NCBI GenBank assembly: GCA_004764695.1
Contig: SMSO01000035.1
Span: 3,794,040-3,858,039, forward strand
DNA from: Schizochytrium sp. TIO01
Taxonomy: Eukaryota; Protista; Bigyra: Labyrinthulomycetes
DNA: 64,000 nt
Direction of reading: 5' to 3'
Both the position numbers and the translations under genes were made by a program. Shown piece after piece: positions 52,456-64,000 of this stretch (position 1 is the stretch's first letter; each line of letters opens with the position of its first letter). The notes beneath the pieces are model-generated. The model was not told where the DNA came from. It was given only the letters and a program-made list of their open reading frames with translations, and searched no databases.

Positions 52456-55400
52456 AATCCAAGCACCCTCCATCCCCGCCTCAACGAGGGGCTCTCGCGT
52501 GTGCGCTGAGCGTCGCAGGTCTCCTCCCAGATAATCGTCCACCTTCACAGCTGAGCTCGAAGCGAGCGATGATCTTTTTGTTGAGGTTTGTTTGTGAATT
52601 GTGCAACAAATAAGAGTACACACCAACGAGGCCGCATTCGTGGTGCGCCTTGCTGTCGCTGTCACTGCAGCTTTCGAAGAGTTCGAGCTCTTGCAGAATA
52701 AAGTATGATCCAATTGGATTAATCCAGGGCTGCTCCTGAGCAACCACACCATAGTTTTAGCTTGACTGAAGTTGGTTCTGCCAGCTTATTATAAGTTAGT
52801 TATAGCTTGTTCTTTTTTGGTTTAATAAACAGTTTATATCGAAAAATAGTAATTACAATACAAAACATCGATGCTAAAAGGTAATCATAGGTATGCATGT
52901 TTGCATGTATGTATGAAGAGTCTCAGCACGTGCGCGACCTTCGTTTCTTCACGTTCGTCTCTGCGGACAGAGCCCGCTCTCCTCCGAGTTGTCCTGCGAT
53001 CTCTCCCCGAGAAACACTCCGCTGGCGGACTCTCCACTTCTCCGTGGGTCCTTTCCCTGAGTCCACCTCGGTCGCGAGCGGGAGCACAGCAAGCCTCCTT
53101 ATCATAGGCTCCGCAAGAACCCGCACGTGTCCATACACAAGCGCAGTCCATCACTCAATCAATCACTCAATCAATCAACTCCGCTCAGCTCAGTCCAAGC
53201 TGCGTAAGAATTACAAACAAACACACAAACAAACAAACATTCATCGTGCACTCTTCGTGGCCTGCGAGGTTGGTCAAGAGCGCGACGATCTTGGTTGCGC
53301 ATTGAAGTCTAATAAGTAATGTCTAATAATGTCGAGCACGTTTTTATCATGTGCTGCCATTCATTCCCTCATTCACTCATTCACTCATTCACTCACTCAT
53401 TCATTCACGCGATGCCGCGGCGTGTGTACTGAGTTGCGCTGAGCCATGGATCAATCCTGTCTCTCTGTGGTTCGTGTCTGAATTCTGTTACGATCGTCGC
53501 TGAGCTGAGCGGTGGAGGGAGCTCTTCTGAGGGCAGGAGAGCAGGCGTGTCAGCGAGTCTAGTTTGCAGAAGCTTCGCCGACTATCCGGAATAAATAACT
53601 AACTGCACTGCCTCAGGGTTGGTTGCGAGATTCCATTCACTCCTGCAGAGAAGGCAGCAGCGGCTGCGAAGCGGAGGGTTTGGTTTAGTTTGATCCCGTT
53701 TGTTTGGGCGCAATCAATGTAACTTGTGCGCCATGTATGAGGTTATTGTAAAGGAGATCGATTCTCTTTGTTAGAACAGAACATCGCCTTTTCCAATAAT
53801 TAAAAGGAATAGAAATTGGAAAGAAAGCCAACAAGAACAAGAATAAGAACAAGAGAAAGAATTTTTAAGGGGCAATCGCAAAGGCATAGTTGGCTACGAG
53901 GATTGGTAAAAGTGGAGGAAGAAGAAGAGGTTTAGAAGGGAGTTTGGCTCCTCTATTCAGAAATTTAGACTCACGAACGGAGTCTCTGCCACGAATCAAG
54001 GAAAGCGACTAAACAGCTTGTTCCTTTCACTTTCCAGAGTAACTTGCAGATTTTGATGTTGGTTTCTATGTTCCTCTAGCTAGAGTTAATTAAAAATCTA
54101 AACAAAACTAAAATGATAATTGTTAAAAATGTTTTAATTTTTTTTTAATTAATTAAAACGTGAAAACCGTGCTTACCTATCTTGCTAATTTACAGTAGAC
54201 AGAGTCAATCTACGCTGTCACCACTTCATTCATTCTCTCTTCTATTCAGTTCTCTTTCCACTTCCTCCGCAATCTTCCATTATCGAGAGTTTCTTTGCAT
54301 TCTCCGCCATCGCTCACGAAACGGGAAATCAGCAGAAAGAAAGAAAGAAAGAAAGAAAAAAAAACGAACACCACTTTTCTTTCCTTCTTCTACATACACA
54401 GCCACGTTATCACACCTATACCTTTCAAGCTATTATTTTAAGCTATTATTTTAATTTAAAAGAAAATACTAATAAACTATTTTTAGTAAACCAAAGTGGT
54501 CTCCAAATCAAACTAAAACAAACAAAACAAAACAAAACGAATCAAAACAAAACATTATTCGATTCCAGAGAGACGAAACCGTCTTTGGCCGAGGGTCGTT
54601 TCGCGTGGTCCTGCAAACCTGCTCGACCGCCGCCTAGCCAGCCAGCCAGCCAGCCAGCCTGTCCGGAGCTCGGCCCGCCTCGCAGGTGCCGCGAGGCCTG
54701 CTCTCCTGCGAGCGTGCGGCCTGCAGCGCCTGGGCATTCATGCCTGGAAAGGAAAGGAAAGAGACAAACAAACAAACAAACAAACAAAGAAGGAATCGCG
54801 AGGGCCAATTCCCAGGCATGTCAAATGCCACATTTGAGCGGCAGGGTTTACAAGTATGCGAAGACTGTCGAAGAGGAGACAAAAACCTGAGCCGGTTACA
54901 AGGGAGCAGAGCATGCTGGAGATGCATGGGAGCGCAAGGGTAGTTTGCTTTATTACAAACGAACAAATAAATAAGCAAACGCAGACCTTGCCTTGACGAA
55001 CGGCAGCGCGACTGCTGCTGCTGCTGGTGGTGGTGGTGCGTGGTTTTGTGGGTCTCGAAATGGCGGCGAGCGGGAAACCGTTGGGGCTGGAGTTTCTTGG
55101 GGTTGTTTCTGGTATATATGCATCGATCGCTCTTTGGGCAGCACTATACATACATAGCTGGCTGGCGAGCTTGGGTATCGATGGAAATGGACATGAGTCA
55201 TCCACGTGCATGCAAGCAAGAGTCGTCAACGTCTTGAGGCAAGCTGTGGATTATGGGTGATTCTAAGAGACAGGACTCACGCACGCTTGCCAGTTTGATT
55301 GGCTTGGTGAACACTGGCATCGATGATGCATTTGGTGGGGAGCGGGTTGAATTACAACTATATGTACTTTTCAGGACCGATAAGTTGTGCAAAGCTTGAA

Positions 55401-58400
55401 GAAGCTGTACCTACCTACTCGTTCTCTAGCTAGAGCACTCTGATAACGAAGAGCACCACCGTGGTGAAGTAGCTACTGTTACGAAGTGAGAACGTACATA
55501 TTTGGCGTCTGAATCCTAAACCGCACCGGTATCGTGGTTAGCGTTTATCGCTTTGGCGTCACCACAAGCCATGAGTTATAGTTAGCAGTTATCATTCTCG
55601 TGCTTCCAAGGCCCGGTTTGTCTGTACTTCACATAACCACGCCAATGCAGTCTTGGGCTGGTCCTCCTCAAGTCGATGCAACTTGAATGTAATCTTGAAA
55701 GGGAGGTAGCTGCCCCGGCATATAGGACGAATGATCTTGCTCTCCTTTAAGATTGCACACAACTTCTTTAAAAAGATGTCCCGCCGTTCAGGAAAAGGTG
55801 ACCTGTCGCAAGCTGTATAAACCCAACCTTGCAGTAAAGACTTTGGAGTTTAAAGGCCGGTTTGACGTATTCATCGTGCAAGCTGTGAAGGCCGAGGAGA
55901 CTAAATTCCATCAACGTCCGGCGTTTGCTCCTTCTTTTATTCGCACGACCTAGGTAGGTACGTACGTACCCATTTCATGAATGCTGCGATAAAGTCACCT
56001 CCTATTTATTAATTAGCTTCAATGGTAAAACACCGATATTGCGATTGTTCTTCAGCGATAATTGATCAACCTAATTGAGCACGGATTAACTGATACACAG
56101 CCTGGATGGAGGCTCATGAAACTTGCCAATGCAGGTTGAGCTTGAGCTTGCTCTAGCTAGAGAAAGATAATACGATAATTCTTCTTTATTCATACTGTAG
56201 TAGTTTGTACTGGTAGTATTAAGAAGACGTTCATTTAAAAAAAATGGTGGTGTCTAACCCGTTTTCTTGCACGATGAGTCAGTTCATACAGCTACTGGAC
56301 GAATCTCAGGTTGCACAGCGACTTTCAGGACGGCGTTACACATTACGGCGGTCGGCTTCGAGGCTCTGTGGCACCGCTGACTCTGGCCAGCCATATATGG
56401 CAGGCAAGCTGACTCACTGATCGCTCCTTCGGAAAAGATAATTGCTGCACAGGAAAAATGTTTTTATATTAAACTTGAAGATGATAGATGGTTAATGTAT
56501 GATTTCATCAGCAACGCCGGAGTACTTGAGTAATTGGTAGCATGGCAGAGGTCATCCAAAACCCTTCGATCGAATTTTGCATATTAAAGGTTGGCATCGA
56601 TGATATTATTGTTGGGGTTCACGAGAGCTGAGTGAAACCTTATTTAGCAGAACTTGATTGAAGTTGTGTGTGGTTTCGTTTCGTTCGTGAACTTTAAACA
56701 AAGAAAAAACCAAACAAACGTAAAAAGCGTTTTTTTTTTTTTTTTTTTTTTAAATAAATAATTAAATTAAAATTTAAACGTTTTTGCTAGAAAAAGTAAA
56801 AGAAACAAAAAGAGACTTCACCTTAACAACTGAACATTTTGAAGGGATTCGGATGACATTTATTTAATTAAAACTCTTAAAAACTTTTATTTATTAAAAA
56901 ACAAAACAAAACAAAACAAAAACACAATACCAACGAACGTCTTCTTTAAAAGACGGCAACAAGTGCTAATACTGCTACCTAAACAGGTAGGTAGGCAATT
57001 AAAAGAATTCAAGAAGGATATAAATAAAGTGAGCGTTCAAGATCTTGAGGGAGCCACAGACAAAAGCGAGAGAGGCCAAACTCAGCTGCTCTTCGCAGTG
57101 CTACACTACAAATCGAGAACGAACCTGCATTCGTTCGCCTTTTCTGGGCTTTCCGACAGCGTCTGCGATGTAGGAATGGCTCAACTAAAGAAAAGCTAGC
57201 TAGCATCATTTTTCATGAAGGATAATGATAAATGCTGACTCCCCATTTCGACCAATTCACCCAATGCACCATATATATATATATATATATATATACATAG
57301 TTATATGGGAGATCAAACTCTATTCCTCGTGACACAATCACATTGAATCGAGCAGACCAAAGCACTCTTGAAAACTCTTTCTTCACAACTAACTCAATCG
57401 ATCATCACGTTCATTACACTCAGGACTGCTCTATCCGACTGCAACAAGGGCTTGCTTGCTTGGCATGAGCACTTGTGTTCGTTCGCGTTGTTGTGGCATG
57501 AAAGTTTCGCGAGATGATTCGAGCTCCACGAAGGTCCTCACTTTCGTCTGGATTTGATTTGTCTGCTCTTTCTTTGCCTTTCGAGAAGTGGATGGATAAC
57601 CTAAAGTTTCTTGTCCTGAAGCATTGAATCGAGATCACTCAACTTGAGAACTGGAGAAGGAAGATCTTCAAGAAACTGTCGGCCCTTGCAAAGCGTGCAC
57701 ACCTAGGGGCTTCCATGAAGCGCCTCCTATGGATTCCCCTAGCCAGGCCCTACATGGGCTGCCTCGCGTTGATGGTCAGCAGTAGAAATCGTACACTCGG
57801 CGGACCGCGATGGAAATCTTGAAATCCTTGGCGAAGTTTTTCTGCTCAATTGAGTCAATTCTATTCTGGAGTCATGACTCATGAAGACTGTGTTTCTCGA
57901 GAACTACCTTTTGCTGGACCCGACCTGTTGGGTAAAGCGAGTTTAGACTTGGACATCAATGCGAAGTCAGGGAGGTTTTCTCGATTTCACTTGGCCTAAA
58001 GGTCCTTGAATACATTCATTCATGAATCGTCGATCATGATGCACCTCAGTATGTGAAATTCATGTGCAAATTGAGATGGCAAAGAACATCAAATAGGTCA
58101 ATATCAATGAGGCATGAGTTCAAGGTGCTTTCATTTCTACAGAAAGACTGTCTATCTCAGGTGAAGATCAAGCTCGCTGGAAGGCAGAGGTCGCCCTCGT
58201 TGGCTCGAGTGTAGACCTTGTGTGCTCTGAATTCTATACGAGGTCGCTCGTAATCTCCGCTTGGTCTGCCCAATGCTGGAGGCTGCGTTGGCACGTGTTC
58301 GTTTTTCTTACCACGATTGATTGTCCATTCCTCTTGCATCCCTTATCATATTCACTTTACTTCCCTGTTAAAACCAAGCAAGTTCATAATCGCAGGCTTT

Positions 58401-58556
58401 GCACCCTAATTTCATCTTCGCAACCTTCTCAAAGGTACAGATTAGGTACTACCACGTCGCGGAAGCTCTCGGTTTGCATGTCACTGAGCGGCCTCCCTAG
58501 CGAGAGGTCGTTTATTTGTTCACATAGGTGTACTTCATTTATAATTTAGATTGAGA

Positions 58557-58620
58557 CAGCAGCAGCAGCAGCAGCAGCAGATGATGATGATGGTGATGGT
58601 GATGATGATGATGGTGATGG
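58557..58620. repeat. (CAG)n(GAT/GGT)n trinucleotide tract
   Basis: Seen directly. Confidence 0.9.
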
Positions 58621-59677
58621 TCTCGCCAGCTCGTGCGAAACAAGCTGGCCATTGCACATTTTGCTCTTCTGTTGGCTTGGTGTTTCAAGATGTAGGACTC
58701 GCAGCTTTCGATATTGTTCCGTTTAACTTCATACACAACATTCAAGACGTGGCATTTAACCTCGAAGTTAAGCACACCGCAGTGAACTAAGTAACTAACC
58801 CACTCACTCCGACAATCAAATAACAAAGCTTTGATGATGATGGGCTCTGGGCCCGGCACGCGTGAGGTCTGAGGTCGATGTGATGCTGCTTCGGTCTCAA
58901 TGGAGAGAGCTGTCCACATGACTAGTTTTGAGAAATGAATGAATGAATGAAAGGACAAACAGGGGACTCAAGAGCTCAAAAGTTGTGCACGAGCTGAAGT
59001 ACTTTCAAGACAAGGAATCCTGCTTCCACAACGCTAATATATACACACACCTAAACACTCGTGCCAATTAGTTGCCATAATTTGCTTTTTCTAGGTACCA
59101 TTCATACTAATAGTCAGGAAAAGGGAAATAACAAAGGCATGCTTTCTTGTCCTGGGTACATCTACTACCAGTACTTACCGTCTCGATAGGAATCGGCCAT
59201 AATAAATGAAAGTTTTTTGTTTTTGTTTATTTCATTGTTTTTGCTGAAATAAATAAATAAAACCTGGATGGATGAAATAAATGGATATCAAATATGTTAT
59301 AAAGTTGCTTAATCTTCGAAATACACCTGAAGATCCCAGCCTGGAAATTGTACTAGCTCCAGAAAACGAGCAGCTCGCACGTTGGAAGTCCACGTGTCAA
59401 ACACTGACCATTTACTTCACTTGCACTCACTCTATTTTCTCTGAAAGCTATCCATCGGCTGATCAACTCCTTCCTTGGCAACCGGAGTTGTGCAAAAAGA
59501 CCTTCCTTTGGCTGTATGGTGACCAATTTTTATTTTCTTTTTAATAAAAATATCCCATTTATTATCACTTTTCTTTTAAACAAACTAACTGAATACACAA
59601 TAGGATAACTTTTCTTCCCCGAACTTTTTTTTTTTTTTTTAAAAAATAAATTAAAATATTTAATACAAATACATACT

Positions 59678-59740
59678 TTTATTATTCTTTATTATTCTTT
59701 ATTATTCTTTATTCTTTATTCTTTATTCTTTATTCTTTAT
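59678..59740. repeat. (TTTATTATTC)/(TTTATTC)n AT-rich tandem repeat
   Basis: Seen directly. Confidence 0.85.
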
Positions 59741-62474
59741 TTTTTCAAAATGAAGAATGAGTAACAACGACTAAGATATCACTAAGAGGACCTTTCTCTT
59801 GTTTTTCCATTTCGTTTAAATAAAAGAAAATAAAAAATGCCACGACTGAAGAAGAGCAAATGCTGAGTGAGCGAGGGTCCGTCACGAAACTCGTTGCGCG
59901 CAGATGCCGCGCTCTCCAGGCTCTCCCTCTCGAGCGAGGCCAGGCTCGATGCGATAGCTCTCGGGGCCACCTCGGTCCGTGCCGTGTCGTGCCATCTCGT
60001 GTCACCCCGTGCCGTGCCGTGACAGAGACCCTCGAGGGACTTCTGATGCAGTAGTTCCTGAAGAACTAAACCTGCAAGCGCGCAGTTTGTCTGGCCTGTT
60101 CCTTGGCGCCATCAACAACGCCAACGTCGGCACCGTCGATGTTGCTGCTGGTGCCAGCTCCGCGAGGTCATCAGCGCCATGAACGTACCGCAAGACCCAG
60201 TAAGAACTGATGCACTCGGCCAGGTGTCAAGAGCGGCCAATGGCAAAGAACCCGAGGTCTGCAGAGAGGCAAATCGAGAACTCGGGATGACGGTGAACTT
60301 GTGCGACATTTATTCGTCATCTCGAGAGCGGCGATGGAGCGAAACCTCTGTGGCTGGCGCTTGCAAGGATGGCACTGCGTAGCTGCTGTTTCTGTCGTAC
60401 TCAGGTGAGCATTCAACAAGGTCCATCAATCTGGCAGTCCGGTGTTGGTCTCAAATGTGTCCATCGGCGGCTTGGCTAGAAGAGCGTAGCAACCACTCAC
60501 GCCCGTTCAGACCGCCTCTGCAAATGAGCTCCGCAGAACGCCCGACGGCGGTCGCAGAGATCTTTGCTGGGCCTTTGGTTGGCACAAGGCACAACCGCTT
60601 CGGGGCGACGGGAGACGTCAACGGGAATTTCTTTGCGTGCAACTACAGAGGTCAGCAAAGATGTACTTACTTATATAACTCAGATTAGATTATCTACTTG
60701 TAAATTAATAGCGAGAACCTATTCGCTGACATGCTTGCATTGAGCTGAAAGGATAAAGAAGCTCGGCACCTGTTGAGCGAGAGCCCTTTTGCGGGCGAAT
60801 ACAAGCTCGTGTGCGTGTGGCTCTTGCGTCCTCCAGCAGAAGTATAAAGTTGTTCCTTTTGTTTGCTTCCCTGCAACGGCAATTGCAGATCGTCCGACGC
60901 CGATCGAGCGAGGTGCCATGTTGAGGATTTTCAATGCGTTCCACAGAACAGAAGATTCTAGTCCTATTTCGTGCTTCGGCACATTTGGTGCTCCAGCGCG
61001 GGCTTTCTTCTTGGTGATTTGTCGGCTTCACACACCCGTCATGTATCTGCATAGATGTATGTTATGTACCTAGTGAATTGATTGATTTAATTGATTGATT
61101 TTGAGATTTTGCTATTTATGAATGCTGCTAGTCAATAGCGAAGGCTAATACGGGGAGCAGTACGCCCACTACCTGCTCAGGTTGCTCGAGGCTGACTCCG
61201 ATGTGCTCCGATGTCAACGTGTGCACCAACAGTTGAAACGCTTATCCTCAGGTACTCACTCGATCGATTTGGAAAAGAGAGCCCATTTTACTTCTCTCTT
61301 TTTTATTTTTTTATTTTTAATAAGGGTGGAGTTGCCAATACTCAGCTGTCCTTCGCGTCTTCACTTCGAAACATATGAGCTTCACAGGGCCTTGTGAGAT
61401 GTTTTGCAGCTCCAAGCTGAGAAAATTGGTTCTGCAGTCATCTTCTACTTGTGCCAAATACAGCGATTCAGCTCATGTTGTGCATTTTGACTTTTAGTGG
61501 TAGTGGGTAGGTACCTACGGTCCTAACCCTATCAGGTCTAAAAGTTATCAAGGTCTGTGCAGGCCCAAAGCGAGAGTTTCGAAAGGGGTGTATGTCTTTC
61601 GAGTGAGAAAGCGACTAGATCAAAGTACTTCATTCCTAAGGCAAGGCAACATGCTCGATTTATTGGACAAACAGTCCCTGCCCAGTGATAGCATCGACGC
61701 AGCTGTGTGACCCTTCAATCTTGACAAGTTCATGCGTCCTTTACACACGGGAAAATCAGATTGGTCAACATACACAAATGAGATCGCAATCTTTTACAGG
61801 TTCAATTCCAGGAAAAGCGCGCTCACAAAAGCAAAAGCAAAAAAGGTGTCATAGAATTCAGATCCAACGCGATCCTTCAGAACAAGACTCAGCGTTCACG
61901 TGCAAAATCAAGTTGACAATACAAGCGAGATCTCAAGATTTCTTGAGTATTAAGTGGCGAGTCATCCCAGCGGTCAGAACAGGAAGAAAACAATCGTAGG
62001 AACTCGTGTCGAAATGGTCCAGAAGCTGAATTCCATTCGAGCTCAGAGTATTAAGCACAGCGCTAGATGGGAAACCGTGCTGACTCTAAGGAAAATGTAT
62101 TTGCATCTCAGTATATGCCTGAAAGATCTGTCAAATATATCTGCGAGCTCGAGTATTAAAGATCCCCTATATCGCAGCACCATTAATTAGAGCTTTTGAT
62201 CCTTTTTTCGACATGCATCGAAGATCCACCTGTGTTGCGTTTCGTGGGTATATATATCTTTTTTCTTCTTCTACTCAAACGCGAAGATGTTCGTCTTGAC
62301 AAAATCTTTATTCATTTAATAATCTAACCCGTGACACCGTGTCGAGCTTTTTAGCCGTGAAGCCAATGTCTGTGTGTCTGTTACTGGACCTTCCTCGATC
62401 TGCATTTTAATTTGTGCGCATGACCTTTTCATAGCGATTAGTTCGTAGAGTGCGACATTGAAAATAAAATTTGC

Positions 62475-62668
62475 TTAGCCGACATAAAGCAATGCAGTGA
62501 ATGAAGCCAAACAAACATTCCTGCTTGGGCCATCGTAAGGGTCAGTGCGTCGTTCATCATGTCGTTATTTTATTTTCTTAGCCGACATAAAGCAACACAG
62601 TGAATAAAGCCAAACAAATATCCTGTTTGGTCTGAGATAGGAGTCAGTGCATCGTTCATCATGTCGTT
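62475..62668. repeat. Diverged ~102-bp-period direct repeat, 2 copies
   Basis: CTTAGCCGACATAAAGCAA..CAGTGAAT.AAGCCAAACAAA...GTCAGTGC.TCGTTCATCATGTCGTT at 62475 and 62577. Confidence 0.9.
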
Positions 62669-63305
62669 GCAGTTACGTCGTGCATTCTCTAATTTGTTCC
62701 TATATTTTAGAGGCGCCCTTGCCACCATCTGTCCTTCATAGGCAATCGTTCTCGCCTTTCCACAGCATATACAGTACCAGAGTCTCTCCACTCTTTGTGT
62801 AAATCTCTGCGGTTTCACCTAATAATTCGGCAACGAACCAGTAGCCAGTAGAGCACCAAATTACAATCAACCAGAGCATTCCAAAATAGAATCGTTTACC
62901 TGGCACCTCTCAGGAATCCCATTCGTGTACCACGCGCGGAATCGACGCAGACTACTCCAGGCTGGATCCAGCGAAGAGGCGCATTACATTTCGACCGCTG
63001 CTCCATAAAAAAGCTCTCTTCGCTTGAAAGAAAGAAAGAAAGAAAGAAAGACCTTGAAAGCGAGTAAGTAAGAGTAAGTGAGTCAAAGCTCTCGTGCCCA
63101 ATTACAGGGGAAGCAAAGCAAAGCAAAGCTCCTCTTGCTTCCCCTTTCGCCCTGGTTCTTGTAAGATCCGCAGCACTCTCCAGCTTTCCGCATATCCCGC
63201 TAGTTTTAAAAGCATTTTAATCATGATTTTATTCATATATAAAATGAAAAAAATAGTATTTTCAGTACTTTGAAGGTCATGATAGATGTAATGTGAATTG
63301 AATTG

Positions 63306-63452
63306 TTCAATTCAACTCAATTCAACTCAATTCAACTCAATCCAACTCAATTCAACTCAGTTCAACTCAATTCAATTCAATTCAATTCAATTCAATTCAA
63401 TTCAATTCAATTCAATTCAATTCAATTCAATTCAATTCAATTCAATTCAATT
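63306..63452. repeat. (TTCAA/CTCAA)n pentamer microsatellite
   Basis: Seen directly. Confidence 0.95.
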
Positions 63453-64000
63453 CTTCTGTTTTGGTACTGCGAGGATGGTCGCCTTCCAAGGCTGTGCTGC
63501 TTCAAGATGCTGTGAGTTTGGACCGATTATAAATGCTGGAGTATTTGCTGCTTTCAGCTGACGATGAAAGAAGCTTCTCATGATACTTTAGAAGCTTCTT
63601 TGGGCGAATCTGGCTATAACTTAGTTTGTGTTTTGAGTTGTTTTGAGTTGCTTTGAGTTGCTTTGAGTTGTTTGGTTGGTTTTGCTCAGGTCAATTAAAC
63701 AATGCCTTTCGTGAGAGCGCTCGCTCGCTCTGAGGGTGTATCATTCTCGAGCCTCGCCTGCAACCGATGGACTTGAACGCGTTGAAGGGTCCGCTTGGGG
63801 TCTCTTGAGGGCTGCGTGTTTAGAGGTACCTCGAAGAGTGGCAAGATTGCAAAGCCTGGAATCTGAGAATGTCTTGTTCATGGAAAAGTAAACAAACTTC
63901 TCACTTGAAAGAAAGCGGAGTTTAAAGTTATGTATCTTAGTATAATCTGTTATTAAAAAAATAAAAATGTAATCATAATAATATATATGAAACAGCCTTT

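Overview
Eukaryotic nuclear DNA. The genes are intron-poor and separated by microsatellite-rich intergenic DNA, a style suggesting a stramenopile protist such as a thraustochytrid (inference only). Core genes: double-hotdog acyl-CoA thioesterase, SMG1 PIKK kinase, Sfi1-repeat protein, DTD2/ATD-type tRNA deacylase, permuted NlpC/P60 enzyme, ceramide synthase, ABCC/MRP transporter, IQ-motif coiled-coil protein and a sulfotransferase. About 49-64 kb has no recognisable gene. The most unusual part is a ~8 kb accessory island (14.9-23 kb) between the divergent SMG1 and SFI1 genes. It holds a decayed Ty1/copia remnant, a higher-order tandem repeat built from 19-bp palindromic units, a 1.65-kb gene-dense insert inside one repeat unit (two convergent, stop-inactivated SEA/EGF gene ends flanking an intact orphan ORF), and an intact 933-aa bacterial-type ParA/Soj ATPase that appears fused to a PD-(D/E)XK-like nuclease and possibly an MBD-like N-terminus. 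A dead REase+kinase (Crinkler-type) pseudogene lies at 41-43 kb. All calls come from reading motifs by eye; no database searches were run.
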